NCBI GenBank assembly: GCA_965657335.1
Contig: CBFHOH010000015.1
Span: forward strand, 6,436 to 70,435
Origin: Candidatus Azotimanducaceae bacterium
GTDB taxonomy: Bacteria > Pseudomonadota > Gammaproteobacteria > Pseudomonadales > Azotimanducaceae
Direction: 5' to 3'
DNA length: 64,000 nt
In this document: piece after piece, positions 37,420 to 48,185 of the stretch
Numbering within the stretch: the first letter of the stretch is position 1
Layout: each line of letters starts with the position of its first letter
Made by a program: the position numbers and the translations under genes
The notes under the pieces: model-generated
Seen by the model: the letters and a program-made list of their open reading frames with translations, nothing else
Told to the model about the DNA's origin: nothing
Databases searched by the model: none

Positions 37420-39246
37420 ATGTCCGATACAGAAGCTCCCGCGATCTCATTTGATGAATTAGGGCTTACGAGCGATGTGCTCGCGGCCGTTAATGAAGTG
37501 GGTTACGAGAACCCATCGCCCATTCAAGCTAAAACGATCCCCTATCTCATCAAGGGTATGGACCTACTGGGTCATGCACCGACAGGAACTGGAAAAACCG
37601 CGGCATTCGCGCTACCCCTGTTGTCTAGACTCGATGTGAAATCAAAGAACGTGCAAGTCATGGTACTCGCACCTACCAGAGAACTTGCAATTCAGGTTGC
37701 TGAAGCATTCCAGCGTTACGCCTCAAAAATCAGGGGGTTTCATGTGCTGCCCGTCTACGGCGGACAACCTTATCTGGGCCAAATCAAAGCGTTAAAGCGC
37801 GGTGTACAGGTTGTGGTAGGCACGCCGGGTAGGGTGATGGACCATATGCGTAAAGGTACGCTCAAGCTCGATAACCTGCAGGCTTTGGTGCTCGATGAGG
37901 CCGACGAAATGCTAAATATGGGCTTTCTTGAAGATGTTGAGTGGGTGTTGGAGCAAACACCGCAAGACAGACAAATCGCATTGTTCTCCGCGACAATGCC
38001 AAAGGAAATCAAGCGAATTGCTGACAAGCACCTGAATAACCCGCAGGAAATTAGGATCAAGACCAAAACGGCGACCGCCGATACGATTCGGCAGCGTTAC
38101 TGGCAAGTCAGCAACATGCATAAACTTGATGCGCTTACACGCATACTTGAAGTCGAAACCTTTGATGCGATGCTGATGTTTGTCAGGACCAAAGTACAAA
38201 CCGTTGAGCTTGCTGAGAAACTTGAAGCGCGCGGATACTCAGCTGCAGCACTTAATGGCGACATGATGCAGAAAACCCGAGAACAAATGGTTGATCGCCT
38301 AAAGAAGGGGTCCTTGGATATTCTTGTAGCGACAGACGTTGCGGCGAGAGGGCTAGATGTTGATCGGATTACCCACGTGGTCAACTACGACATTCCTTAC
38401 GACACTGAAGCATATATACATCGGATAGGTCGGACCGGGCGTGCGGGTAGAAGCGGCGATGCGATCTTGTTTGTCTCGCCAAGAGAGCAACGCATGCTGA
38501 AGGCGATTGAGCGTGCGACGAAGAAACAAATCGAACCGCTTGAACTGCCAACAACCGAGATGGTCAACAACAAACGGATCGCGGATTTTAAACAAAGCAT
38601 TAGCGATACCCTTGCGGGCGGTCGGTTAGAGTTCATGCAAGGTATTCTCGAGCAATTCGAACAAGAGCACGATGTGCCAGCGCTGGAAATAGCCGCGGCA
38701 TTGGCAAAGATGTCGTTGGGAGATCGCTCGCTGTTGTTGGTTGAGAAAAAAGCACGCAAAGCGAAAGAACGTCATGTTGACGAAACAACTAGAAAGCCGC
38801 GTCGCGATGAGCGTCGGCAGGAACGTAGTTCGCGTCAATCCGGCGGCAAGGAAACAAATAGAGCAAACCGTAAAAAAGATCAGGGTCCTCCGGAGGGTAT
38901 GGAAAGGTTCAGGGTTGCAGTCGGTCATGCGCATGATGTTCAACCGGGCAATATTGTCGGTGCTATAGCCAACGAAGCCGGACTTGATGCCGAGCACATA
39001 GGTCACATCAATATTCAGGAAGACCACAGTCTGGTCGATCTGCCGATGGGTATGCCAAAAGATATCTTCAGAGATCTTAAAAAGACTTGGGTTTGTGGTC
39101 GTAAACTTGACATTGTGCGCTTAAAAGAAGGCGCAGATGAAAAGCCGCCGAAGGCAAAACGATCTGCCAGTGCGAAGGGCAAAAAATCTGGCGCACAAGA
39201 CAGAAAGCCGCGTAAAGCGAGGAAATCAAATAGTACCGATGATTAG
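37420..39246 (+). CDS. deaD: DEAD-box ATP-dependent RNA helicase DeaD/CsdA
   Basis: Motifs GYENPSPIQ, APTGTGKT, DEAD, SAT and HRIGRTGRAG. It also has a DbpA-like C-terminal domain and a basic tail. Confidence 0.9.
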   Translation: MSDTEAPAISFDELGLTSDVLAAVNEVGYENPSPIQAKTIPYLIKGMDLLGHAPTGTGKTAAFALPLLSRLDVKSKNVQVMVLAPTRELAIQVAEAFQRYASKIRGFHVLPVYGGQPYLGQIKALKRGVQVVVGTPGRVMDHMRKGTLKLDNLQALVLDEADEMLNMGFLEDVEWVLEQTPQDRQIALFSATMPKEIKRIADKHLNNPQEIRIKTKTATADTIRQRYWQVSNMHKLDALTRILEVETFDAMLMFVRTKVQTVELAEKLEARGYSAAALNGDMMQKTREQMVDRLKKGSLDILVATDVAARGLDVDRITHVVNYDIPYDTEAYIHRIGRTGRAGRSGDAILFVSPREQRMLKAIERATKKQIEPLELPTTEMVNNKRIADFKQSISDTLAGGRLEFMQGILEQFEQEHDVPALEIAAALAKMSLGDRSLLLVEKKARKAKERHVDETTRKPRRDERRQERSSRQSGGKETNRANRKKDQGPPEGMERFRVAVGHAHDVQPGNIVGAIANEAGLDAEHIGHINIQEDHSLVDLPMGMPKDIFRDLKKTWVCGRKLDIVRLKEGADEKPPKAKRSASAKGKKSGAQDRKPRKARKSNSTDD

Positions 39247-39422
39247 CGCTCGACGCGTTGACGGGTAAACGTTATCCCGATTCAACCATGTGTAGGTGGG
39301 AGTGGAACACGCAGTCGCGAACCCAATGCGTGATAGGCAACTCATCTTTTAGGTCGCGATGCGGGCAAACATCGGCAACAGCAATCGCGTCTGCTTTTGT
39401 TCACATATCTGTTACGTACGCC

Positions 39423-39448
39423 AAGTCCCTGTCTGTTTGGGGACTTTT
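39423..39448 (+). terminator. Rho-independent terminator downstream of deaD
   Basis: AAGTCCC (39423-39429), loop, GGGGACTT (39439-39446), followed by TT. Confidence 0.5.
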
Positions 39449-39484
39449 AACCTCAGTAATTAAAACTTCGGTAAGTGGGTATTT

Positions 39485-40972
39485 TCAGCCGTTTGTCTGT
39501 TTCGTGCTTCGTGTTCGCTTCTTGTAGAATTTCTTAATGTTGTGATTCGTATGATTGTCGAGAATGTGATCAAGTGTGCGACCAATTTTAGTCGATATAC
39601 GAATACGCTCTATTTGTGGCCAAGTAGAACGCTCTCCTTCAGAAACAAGTTCTTCGATTTCTTTGGCCGACAATTGCGCGAGGAGTTTTTGTGGGTCGAC
39701 GAAATTGAAACTTGGTGCGATGTTTATGTCGCCAGTATAGTCCTGCGCCATGACCGAGTAGAACATGCTCATTGCCTGTCCCGCACTTGGGATCTGACGA
39801 AGATATTTCCTACTGAATTGTTCGCTCGTCTTGAGCATTTCTCGCGTGGCGTGACGCATGACCGATTTTGTGCCACTCGGTAAAGGAACAAATTTGTCTG
39901 TGCTTAATAGTGCCAATGAAAGTGGGTTTGCTTGGCTCACGATGTAGTGGTTGACGGCGTAAAGCCTCGATAACCGTTTCGCCGGCAAGTCATCTGTCAC
40001 GGCACCGTCAACCCAGCGCCTGTTAGGCAGGTAAGGTTGTGGTTCGCCGTAGACATTTTTAGCCATCAACATCACTGGAGGAAAAACGCCGGGGACGGCG
40101 CACGATGCCATCACTGCGCTTCTGATATAGACGTTGGGAGACGTCACCGCGTTCATCAGTCGAGAGGTCTGGTGCTCTTCGTGTGGTGCAATCGTGACAC
40201 TGATCGAGCGACCTGTTTTTTCGTAAGCTTCCTGAAACGTCATGTCCGGTATAAACCTTTCCAGCATCAATTTAAGCTGATCGGGGTCGACCTGTGGACG
40301 AATCAATCCCCAAGGTTGTTGTCTGGGCTGTTCATCAAATGGTGACCGAAACAGGTCTGTTTCAAAAAGCGCTAGCAATTCTTCGGTGGTGTGTGTGCCA
40401 AGTAATGAAGCAAAAACCGATCCTGCACTGGAGCCTGAAATTACGTCCGGTAATAGATCCTGTTCGATGAGCGTTTTTCCTACACCGTGATGAAAATGAC
40501 CTAGAGAGCCGGCACCGCTCATCATCAGCGCCGAGCGACCAAAGCACAGACGTGCGCGATGAAAGAAATCTATTTTGTCTTCTTGGTTAAGTTCCTCCGT
40601 TTCAGGCAGACCCTCTATGTGGTGTAGTGCGTCAACGACTTCATCGACATAATCGGTAATAAGCTTTTTCGTACCAATTTTTGCCTTCTCGTACATGGCT
40701 GCATTGCCGATACCACCCTGATTGCCGTGAATGCCCTCGTTTAAGGCGAATAGCAGTCCCACATCGTCACGATTTGCTCGTAGCTTTCTGAGTTCATCAA
40801 CCCGGTACTGAATGTTGGCGTAGTCATACTCGTTGGAGGTGGGTTCGAGCTTCCATTTATCCATCCCCGTTGCTTCATCGTGAGCGAGAGCGGAAGCTTT
40901 CCACGCGTCATAGCTCGCCGCGCGACGTAGATCCCTGTCTAGCCGAGAGGGGCTGGTTCCGAGTGACAACAT
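39485..40972 (-). CDS. Patatin-like phospholipase (DUF3336-patatin type)
   Basis: GAGSLGHFHHG, GSSAGS (GxSxG) and VDGAVTDDLP (catalytic Asp). I chose the Met at 40972 (MLSLGTSPSRLD). Confidence 0.8.
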   Translation of the reverse strand: MLSLGTSPSRLDRDLRRAASYDAWKASALAHDEATGMDKWKLEPTSNEYDYANIQYRVDELRKLRANRDDVGLLFALNEGIHGNQGGIGNAAMYEKAKIGTKKLITDYVDEVVDALHHIEGLPETEELNQEDKIDFFHRARLCFGRSALMMSGAGSLGHFHHGVGKTLIEQDLLPDVISGSSAGSVFASLLGTHTTEELLALFETDLFRSPFDEQPRQQPWGLIRPQVDPDQLKLMLERFIPDMTFQEAYEKTGRSISVTIAPHEEHQTSRLMNAVTSPNVYIRSAVMASCAVPGVFPPVMLMAKNVYGEPQPYLPNRRWVDGAVTDDLPAKRLSRLYAVNHYIVSQANPLSLALLSTDKFVPLPSGTKSVMRHATREMLKTSEQFSRKYLRQIPSAGQAMSMFYSVMAQDYTGDINIAPSFNFVDPQKLLAQLSAKEIEELVSEGERSTWPQIERIRISTKIGRTLDHILDNHTNHNIKKFYKKRTRSTKQTNG

Positions 40973-41243
40973 GTAAACTCCAATCGCAAAACGTACTATG
41001 TTGCAGTGCAGTATAGAGCCAATTAACTTTGTGGTCACTAATGAATTAACCGTTTTTCTCTCTAGCGACGAAGTTTTGGCTCTCCATTGGAGAAACAGCA
41101 GCTGATTCGATGCATCGGGCAGGTTTGGGACACCGTTTTACCTGTTGTGGCGCGCTTTCAAGGGTACCGGACTTTTTTGCGGGACCGCTGGACTGAATAT
41201 CCGGTGGGTGTGGTTCGACGTCCTCGAATATTATGTAGCGGTG

Positions 41244-41507
41244 TTATTGTCGGGTGATCACCATGTCTGATTCGACCATATTATCCATATCGTATTCGAT
41301 ATAACTTTCCAGATCTCTCCTTGACCTCGTTTCATTTAACACTCTGAGAACTTGGCTAAGTATAGCCAGTGCCATGGAGTCAGAACTCATCGAACTTGAC
41401 GCGTCCGCCTCCGTTATCGCCTGATCGATGAGTTCTTTCGCTCGGGTATTTTCTCCACTCACTTCGTCCACCTCATTATTTAAATGTGGCATGATGCCCG
41501 TGAACAA
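41244..41507 (-). CDS. Small acidic hypothetical protein
   Basis: 87-aa ORF divergent from the NUDIX gene. No family was recognised. Confidence 0.35.
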   Translation of the reverse strand: MFTGIMPHLNNEVDEVSGENTRAKELIDQAITEADASSSMSSDSMALAILSQVLRVLNETRSRRDLESYIEYDMDNMVESDMVITRQ

Positions 41508-41581
41508 AACGTAACACCTTGCGCCAGATCAAAAGTGCTGGAACAAGCTGCGGACGCACCTCAACAGATCAGGGAAAAATT

Positions 41582-41992
41582 GTGGAAGTAACAAGAATTG
41601 GGGCTTACGGCATCCTCATGGATGAAAACCGGGTGCTGCTCTGCCGGCTCTCGAGCCAAGTGTCAGGGTTTGTCGGCAACTGGACTCTGCCGGGTGGCGG
41701 CATCGAGTTTGGTGAGCAGCCTGCAGACGCCATGGTCAGGGAAGTTGAAGAGGAGACCGGATTACATGTCATACCAAGAGACATTGTTGACGCGCATTCA
41801 CTGCAGCGAGAGATTGGTGGGCGCAACATGCATTCGATACGCATTGTATATCGGGCGCAGGTGACCGGGGGACAATTGAGGTTTGAACAGGATGGCACAA
41901 CAGATCGTTGTGAATGGTTTACTGAAGAGGAAGCACGCGCGTTGCCGCTGGTAGAACTTGGCAAAGAAGGCATCGAGTTGGCTTTTAGGTAA
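41582..41992 (+). CDS. NUDIX hydrolase
   Basis: Nudix box LPGGGIEFGEQPADAMVREVEEETGL. The GTG at 41582 is preceded by AGGGA. The track start at 41519 is probably too early. Confidence 0.85.
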   Translation: MEVTRIGAYGILMDENRVLLCRLSSQVSGFVGNWTLPGGGIEFGEQPADAMVREVEEETGLHVIPRDIVDAHSLQREIGGRNMHSIRIVYRAQVTGGQLRFEQDGTTDRCEWFTEEEARALPLVELGKEGIELAFR

Positions 41993-42024
41993 CGTAGACC
42001 ATCGGCAACCCAGGAGCAGGTGAA

Positions 42025-42804
42025 ATGACCGAAGGCGTGTGGCGAGAAGCGACAACCGGATTCCAGTTTTCGCCGGAAAAGATCGTTGTAACGGAAGAGT
42101 TGCAGAAAGAGAAATTACGTCACTGTGGTCTCGATAGTGATGTATTGCATGGTCATGTAGATGCTTCTTTTTTTATCAGCATCGGTATTCACGTTGGGGT
42201 AAAACACGGCATTAGTGCTGAGGGCAATGTAAACATGCTAACGGGCCTGACTCAGTACCGCCCGGTGCGCCTTGGTGAGGTGCTCATTGCACATGGCATG
42301 ATAACGGACGTGCAAGACGTGCCGAGGGGACAAGCGATAGAAACAGATGTTTGGTTTGAGGACGTAAATGGTAAGCGCGTTGTGAGCGCCCCAAGAAAGT
42401 CTCTAAGACCTGATCCTGAGAAAGCCGACCAGCGGGGCGCAGGTGAGCGGCCTGACCCGGTGATCAAAGATGTGAAACAGCTCGAAACCGTGGGCACCTA
42501 TTCGCTGACCCCTGAGGCAGTAAAGGCGTATTCATCAGACGGCAATAGCATTCACTATGACATGGTCTCTGCCAACAAAGCCGGTTTTAGAGCACCCATC
42601 ATAGGCGGGGGGATGGGTGTACATTATCTGGTCCATACGTTGTGGCAGCAGCGCTTGGCTGAAGCCTTTGATATGTCTATTTATTTTCGTCGACCTATAT
42701 TCTGGGACGACACTTTTACCGTTGCAGTTTCTCCATGGAAAAGTGTCGGGCTAATACGGGAAGGTAAGGTGCTAACCGAAGCGCGTCTGACGCTTTCGAA
42801 ATAG
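42025..42804 (+). CDS. MaoC-like (hotdog-fold) dehydratase domain protein
   Basis: C-terminal NSIHYDMVSANKAGFRAPIIGGGMG matches the MaoC pattern NPIHxDxxxAxxxGF. Confidence 0.55.
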   Translation: MTEGVWREATTGFQFSPEKIVVTEELQKEKLRHCGLDSDVLHGHVDASFFISIGIHVGVKHGISAEGNVNMLTGLTQYRPVRLGEVLIAHGMITDVQDVPRGQAIETDVWFEDVNGKRVVSAPRKSLRPDPEKADQRGAGERPDPVIKDVKQLETVGTYSLTPEAVKAYSSDGNSIHYDMVSANKAGFRAPIIGGGMGVHYLVHTLWQQRLAEAFDMSIYFRRPIFWDDTFTVAVSPWKSVGLIREGKVLTEARLTLSK

Positions 42805-42865
42805 CCGTTTGCGAAAACCATCTCTGGTAAACTGAAAAATCGAAGCAACGAAGGAATCAGATACT

Positions 42866-44065
42866 ATGCCTCAAGCGTTTGAAGGGATTCGCATTATCGA
42901 CTTTTCTCAGGTTCTTGCTGCACCATTCGCAGTCATGCAGTTGGCATTGCTAGGTGCAGAGGTGATTAAGGTAGAGCAACCGGAGGGCGGCGATCAAACT
43001 CGAGGGCTGATGAATCTTGGCGAAGATCTTGGATTGTCACCCTCATTTTTGGGTATGAACTTGAATAAGCAAAGCCTGACGCTCAACCTTAAAGCACCGG
43101 AAGCGGTAGAGATTGTTAAGCAGTTGGTCGCTAATGCCGATGTCGTTGTGGAGAATTTCAAAGCAGGCACCATGGAGCGCATGGGACTTGGTTTCGATGT
43201 GCTAAAGGCAATCAAGCCTGACCTGATTTACTGTTCAGTCACAGGCTACGGGCAAAACGGACCTAAGGCCGGTGAGGCTGCCTATGACGGTGCCGTGCAA
43301 GCGGCTTCGGGCATGATGTCGCAAAATGGGCATGCTGAAACAGGTCCAACAAGAGCAGGTTATATGCCGGTAGATATGTCGACAGCCTTAAATACCGCTT
43401 TCTCTATATCAGCGAGTTTGCATAGAAAGGCGAAAACCGGTTTGGGCCAGCGCATCGATGTTGCAATGATGGACACTGCGATCGTGATGCAGGCCTCGCA
43501 GTATAGCAACTACCTTAACCAGGGTAGCCTTGTTGGTTTAAGAGGAAATTCATCCCCCACTCGACAACCGACAGCGAATGTATTCGCAACCAGCGACAGT
43601 TATATTCAAATTACCGCACTGAGACAGCCGCAGGTAGAAAAATTATTCGAAGCTATCGGAGAAGAAGAGAAATTGGCCCTGAAGACATTTGCAACGCCTG
43701 AATCTCGTATCGAAAACGGCGAGGTCGTGGGGGCGCTCGTTGCTGCTGCTATACAAAAACAAACAACGAGTCATTGGCTGGATAAGCTTGCAGCTTTGGG
43801 CATTCCAACTGCAGAAATTAGAGGTTTGCCGGAAGTGATGCAAGATTCTCAGTTCGAGCACAGAGAGGTGTTCGAGACGCTGTCACACCCGGCCGACCCG
43901 GAAAAGACCTTCACCGTTGTCAAAGCTGGTTACATGCTGGATCAAGATGGACCCTCAGTGAGGAAATCTCCGCCATTGTTGGGGCAGGATACGCAAGAAA
44001 TACTTGAGTCGTTAGGCTACGACGCTGAACGGTTCGCAGAACTAAAGCAAAATGGAATCTGCTAG
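42866..44065 (+). CDS. Family III CoA-transferase (CaiB/BaiF)
   Basis: IRIIDFSQVLAAPFAVMQLALLGAEVIKVE, VENFKAGTMERMG and the length all fit the family. Confidence 0.9.
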   Translation: MPQAFEGIRIIDFSQVLAAPFAVMQLALLGAEVIKVEQPEGGDQTRGLMNLGEDLGLSPSFLGMNLNKQSLTLNLKAPEAVEIVKQLVANADVVVENFKAGTMERMGLGFDVLKAIKPDLIYCSVTGYGQNGPKAGEAAYDGAVQAASGMMSQNGHAETGPTRAGYMPVDMSTALNTAFSISASLHRKAKTGLGQRIDVAMMDTAIVMQASQYSNYLNQGSLVGLRGNSSPTRQPTANVFATSDSYIQITALRQPQVEKLFEAIGEEEKLALKTFATPESRIENGEVVGALVAAAIQKQTTSHWLDKLAALGIPTAEIRGLPEVMQDSQFEHREVFETLSHPADPEKTFTVVKAGYMLDQDGPSVRKSPPLLGQDTQEILESLGYDAERFAELKQNGIC

Positions 44066-44086
44066 TCCTACCAGCTAAGTTGCACG

Positions 44087-44578
44087 CTAATGGTGATGCT
44101 CAGCACCATCAATTCCGTGGGTGTGGCCATGGGAGATTTCTCCGGGGGTCGCTTCTCGCACTTTTAAGATATCGATTTCGAAAGTGACGGTTTTTCCCGC
44201 CAGAGGGTGGTTGGTGTCGACGTCTACGTTAAATCGTCCAACTTTTGTGATGACCACATCCTGCGCGCCCTGCTTGGTATTTACTTTCACCGCCATGCCT
44301 GGCTTGTATTTCTTGTGTTTGGTAAGCAGGTGCTTGATCGGCACGCGTTGGCTGGCATTTTCTTTAACCAAACCATAGGCGCGCTCAGGTGGAAGAGTGA
44401 CACTGAGCGTGTCGCCCATCTGTTTACCTGCTAACGCTTCTTCAACGCCAGCCATCATGTTTCGATGGCCGTGGAGGTATACCATTGGGTCCTCGGACGT
44501 ACTTCTTTCGAGTTCGTTATTGTTGTCATCGTTAAGCACATAACTAAATGCCACAACTTTGTTTTTATCAATGATCAT
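44087..44578 (-). CDS. slyD: FKBP-type peptidyl-prolyl isomerase SlyD
   Basis: FKBP plus IF-domain layout (VVAFSYVL...MVYLHG...LAGKTVTFEIDILKV) with a His-rich tail HGHTHGIDGAEHHH. Confidence 0.85.
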   Translation of the reverse strand: MIIDKNKVVAFSYVLNDDNNNELERSTSEDPMVYLHGHRNMMAGVEEALAGKQMGDTLSVTLPPERAYGLVKENASQRVPIKHLLTKHKKYKPGMAVKVNTKQGAQDVVITKVGRFNVDVDTNHPLAGKTVTFEIDILKVREATPGEISHGHTHGIDGAEHHH

Positions 44579-44626
44579 TTTTGAGTTTCTTCCCATGTTT
44601 TTTCAAGATGTGTCGTAGCTGCACTT

Positions 44627-45436
44627 TTACCCGAGCTTAATGCCTTTATCAGTAATCAGAAATTGTCGTTCTGGATTGTCTTGCGGCACCTGTTGATCAC
44701 CGTTGGTATACATAAGAGAACCGTCGTGGCTGTACTGTAATATATAGGACTTCCGTTCCCCGGCGGTCTGATTTGATCCGGTTCGGTGAGGTGTTAAAGA
44801 CGAAAATACAACAACATCGCCTGCTTCGGCTTCCACCGGCACGGCATCCACCATACCAGTCAAACACTGCCAACCTAAATCAGTCTGCCAATGCTCAAGT
44901 GTGCCGGTTTTATGTATGCCCGGCATAACCCAAGGGCAGCCATTTTCTATGGTCGCGTCAACCAGCGGCACCCAACAAGTAAGATAGTCTTGGGGGCTAA
45001 CAAAGTTGTAGCCGTTGTCCTGATGCCAGGGAAATTCCTCCGGACAATAGGCCTTCTTGTAAACAGCCTGGTCCCAGTATAGACGCGAAGTTGGACCGAG
45101 TAGATCGAGACATAAACCAGCAAACACAGGGTGCATTGAAAATTTTCTTACCACATCGCTCTTCAGGACAGGATGAAGGGCGAATGTAATTTCATCCGCT
45201 CGGGCAATGTATTTTCGCTTGTCTTCAATGGTACGAAGAAACGCATTGGTTTTTGCCTCGAGCGGATCAATAGCCTCTGTGACCGCGGTCAGCAGTTCAG
45301 CCGGTAGTACATTTTTTAATAAGAAAAAGCCGTCTTCGTTCCACTGTTGTGCGTGCTGCTCGGAAATCAAATCAAAAGGAGCGTTGGCATTTTGCCAGGT
45401 AAAGCCCTTGTTCTGAGGATGTTTTTTCAGCGCCAT
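44627..45436 (-). CDS. Phytanoyl-CoA dioxygenase (PhyH) family Fe(II)/2OG oxygenase
   Basis: WHQDNGY (HxD), LTPHRTGSN and the length fit PhyH. Confidence 0.8.
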   Translation of the reverse strand: MALKKHPQNKGFTWQNANAPFDLISEQHAQQWNEDGFFLLKNVLPAELLTAVTEAIDPLEAKTNAFLRTIEDKRKYIARADEITFALHPVLKSDVVRKFSMHPVFAGLCLDLLGPTSRLYWDQAVYKKAYCPEEFPWHQDNGYNFVSPQDYLTCWVPLVDATIENGCPWVMPGIHKTGTLEHWQTDLGWQCLTGMVDAVPVEAEAGDVVVFSSLTPHRTGSNQTAGERKSYILQYSHDGSLMYTNGDQQVPQDNPERQFLITDKGIKLG

Positions 45437-45666
45437 CGGTTCGAATATCCCATGTCGAAATTGAAGTGTGAGCCGGTTTCTAAAAGCTTGAGTGAGATCC
45501 TAACAGATTTGCAGATTTCTTACGCACCGAAATGCAGCGCGTGCGCCTTGCAGTGTTGCGGAATATCGGGTCTTATGGGAAAGAGAGCACAGCCGTTACA
45601 TGCACTTATTTACAGCAATCAATACGGTTATTTATAAACACAGACGAACTGAAAGGTGGGAATAAA

Positions 45667-46110
45667 GTGATTCATAAGTTGATGAAAAATTGGCATCTGC
45701 ATTTGCAAGGAGAGTTTCCCGGAGGTTTGGACGAGCTGCTCGCGGACGACGTCGAGTTTCACTCACCAATTGTATTCACTCCTCAGAAGGGCAAAGCAAT
45801 TACCAAGATGTATTTAGGTGCGGCGGGTAATACCTTCAGCGATAACGCTGATCCTTCCGAGAAAAAGCTACAGGATCTCGAGTCAAGCTCCTCTAAATTT
45901 AAATATGTCAAAGAGGTGCTTGCAGGAAATCACGCAGTGTTGGAATTTGAGGCCGAAGTCGATGGCAAATATGTCAACGGAGTAGACATTATTACCTGCA
46001 ACGACGAAGGCAAAATTACTGAATTCAAAGTGATGGTGCGACCGCTTCAGGGTGTAAACGTCATGCACGAGCAGATGAAAGCCATGTTGGAGAAGATGCA
46101 GAAAAGATAA
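45667..46110 (+). CDS. NTF2/SnoaL-like small protein
   Basis: About 148 aa from the GTG at 45667, which is preceded by AAAGGTGGG. The pattern LADDVEFHSPIVFTP...GVDIITCNDEGKITEFKVMVRP fits. The upstream part of the track ORF is unlikely to be coding. Confidence 0.5.
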   Translation: MIHKLMKNWHLHLQGEFPGGLDELLADDVEFHSPIVFTPQKGKAITKMYLGAAGNTFSDNADPSEKKLQDLESSSSKFKYVKEVLAGNHAVLEFEAEVDGKYVNGVDIITCNDEGKITEFKVMVRPLQGVNVMHEQMKAMLEKMQKR

Positions 46111-46149
46111 TTCGCCTCTGCAATGTGCTCGTTTATATTATTTGCTGTG

Positions 46150-46992
46150 TTAGTCCCATAGGGGTGATGAGCTTTTCATCAGTCGGTCCATTTTTAACAT
46201 TCGCGCAACCGGCTTATCCGTCATCAGTACAGAGTCGCGCCAGAGTATTTCCGTTTGTGGGCTGTCGGATAGTCCGACGATGCGGCCGCTGCCCTTGTAT
46301 TCCGTTTCCGCGAAAACTGGACCGTTGATAAACTCAATCTCAATCGCGCCATACAAACCTACAAAGGGCTTTGCAACTTGGGAGATTAACGCAACCTCTG
46401 GCGTGTCAAAAGCTCTGACTATCTGAGTGACAGGAAGTACCCTGCTGCCGAATTCATCGGAAGTTTTGTAGCATGTCAAAGGTTCTGTAATGACGCTAAG
46501 CTGCGCGTCTAAAAATGGTGTTTCAACGAAACAGCGTTGATCCTCACACTGCGCGCCGACCTCTAGATGCTTCAATATGCGCAACTCCGAGACGGGTCGA
46601 ATAGACTCGAGCTTTTTACGTAGCTCTGATTCTCCATCGTGACCACCGCACGAGGCGGTGCCGGACGCAACGATAGTACCGTCCTCTTTTTCCATCCAAA
46701 CACTTGCTCGACGGATGGCGCCGACTTGCTCGGGCGCTGTTGCCAGACATCTGACGGGCTCTTGGTCGACTGTTGCGTTTCTGAAATACATTGAAAGGGT
46801 GCCCGTGTGCCAAAAATCGACACCGAACATTGCAAGCAGTAGGGGTGGAAATTGTTCCATATGTATCGCGCCGGCAACTGTGCCTCCTCTGAAGCCCAGA
46901 TCAGTTGCTGTCGCGTCGTCGTGAATGCCGCCTTTTTGGTGCGCAGCGGTGTTTACCGGTCTGCGCCATTCCCCTGTCATTGCTGCCTGCAT
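46150..46992 (-). CDS. Hotdog-fold (MaoC-like) protein, tentative
   Basis: GGIHDDATATDLGFRGGTVAGAIH resembles the MaoC motif. AGGAG precedes the ATG at 46992. Confidence 0.45.
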   Translation of the reverse strand: MQAAMTGEWRRPVNTAAHQKGGIHDDATATDLGFRGGTVAGAIHMEQFPPLLLAMFGVDFWHTGTLSMYFRNATVDQEPVRCLATAPEQVGAIRRASVWMEKEDGTIVASGTASCGGHDGESELRKKLESIRPVSELRILKHLEVGAQCEDQRCFVETPFLDAQLSVITEPLTCYKTSDEFGSRVLPVTQIVRAFDTPEVALISQVAKPFVGLYGAIEIEFINGPVFAETEYKGSGRIVGLSDSPQTEILWRDSVLMTDKPVARMLKMDRLMKSSSPLWD

Positions 46993-47098
46993 GCGGTGTA
47001 CTCCTGTTTTTTTGCCCCTCAAGATTCAATCACTATCGGTTGGGCATGGCAACTATTGCGTATTTTCCGTTGTTGCGTGAACTAAGCTACAGTCAATA

Positions 47099-48124
47099 CT
47101 ATTTCGTTGCCTCGGCAGTGTTTCCAACCATCATCGCGATAAGTTGTTCAAGCCGCTCGGATGAGCCTGATCTATCAGCCTGATAAATGACATGGTCGTT
47201 TGGACCGGCATTTGGGTTGAGAATAATGCCCCATAGCGGATCGATTTGATTGGGTAGCATTGAGTATCTAACGTCGATGATGTGTAGTGGGTTGTCGGGG
47301 TCGATACCCAGATAATCGTTTGAGAACCAGTTAAACCTTTTAAGATCATCACTCTGTTGGGTTTTTGCTTTTAACCAGGGCAGGTCTCTGACTACATTGA
47401 GTTTTCTGATAGTGTCGCCCTCGAAGAGTTGCGGCTCGATGCCCATTCTATATCCATCTACATAAAATCGGTCCGGCGTCTCATAAACGACTTTCCATAG
47501 GAGCAAATTTCCAAAGCCAGGTTTTGCCTCTAATCTTGTGGGTGTGTGCCCGCGGCTTTGCGCGAGTTCCCAACCCTGCACTTCGGCGCGTTCCCGCTGC
47601 ATGACTCCGATAAGCAAATAGCTGACGCCCCAAACCAAAGCGAATTTTGAAAAGATCGGGTTGGCTTTTCTGACACTCAAGATCACCAATACAATCAAGG
47701 GCACCGTAAATAGCGGGTCGACGACCGAGACGTTGTTCCACGCAATCCGCAAATCAGAGAAGGGCCACAGCAAGAGAGTGCCGTAGGTTGTGCATGCATC
47801 AAGCAGGGCGTGCGTTGAGTACCCGAGCAGACAGACCAAATACCCCTGCTTGAATGTCAGTGATTGTTTGTACAATCGATAAAAAAGCAGCGAGCAGATG
47901 AGTGCGCCGATTGGTACAAAAATAAGCGAGTGAGTGAATTGGCGATGGTACTCGAGAAACAGAATGGGATCCGTAGGAGATTGGATGAGAACATCGATAT
48001 CCGGCGCCATCCCAGCGATGCAACCTAGCCATGCCACGGTTTTTAATTGTTTACTTTTTACGACGTGCTTGTTGCTCGCTATCGGCAGCGACGCACCCAG
48101 CACACCTTGGCTTATCGGATCCAT
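47099..48124 (-). CDS. Membrane-bound metal-dependent hydrolase (YdjM/DUF457-like)
   Basis: MDPISQGVLGA N-terminus, FTHSL and STHALLD His motifs, and several TM segments. Confidence 0.65.
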   Translation of the reverse strand: MDPISQGVLGASLPIASNKHVVKSKQLKTVAWLGCIAGMAPDIDVLIQSPTDPILFLEYHRQFTHSLIFVPIGALICSLLFYRLYKQSLTFKQGYLVCLLGYSTHALLDACTTYGTLLLWPFSDLRIAWNNVSVVDPLFTVPLIVLVILSVRKANPIFSKFALVWGVSYLLIGVMQRERAEVQGWELAQSRGHTPTRLEAKPGFGNLLLWKVVYETPDRFYVDGYRMGIEPQLFEGDTIRKLNVVRDLPWLKAKTQQSDDLKRFNWFSNDYLGIDPDNPLHIIDVRYSMLPNQIDPLWGIILNPNAGPNDHVIYQADRSGSSERLEQLIAMMVGNTAEATK

Positions 48125-48185
48125 AGATGTATCTTCTCGATGAATTGTTTTCGTTCAGTAAAAACTGGTGTCTGCTTGTTAAGGA

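Noticed and set aside
37001-37450. 149-aa minus-strand ORF spanning the SDR-deaD intergenic region
   Set aside because: It overlaps the 3' end of the SDR gene and the deaD start, and its composition is Arg and Gly rich. A deaD leader region explains the interval better.
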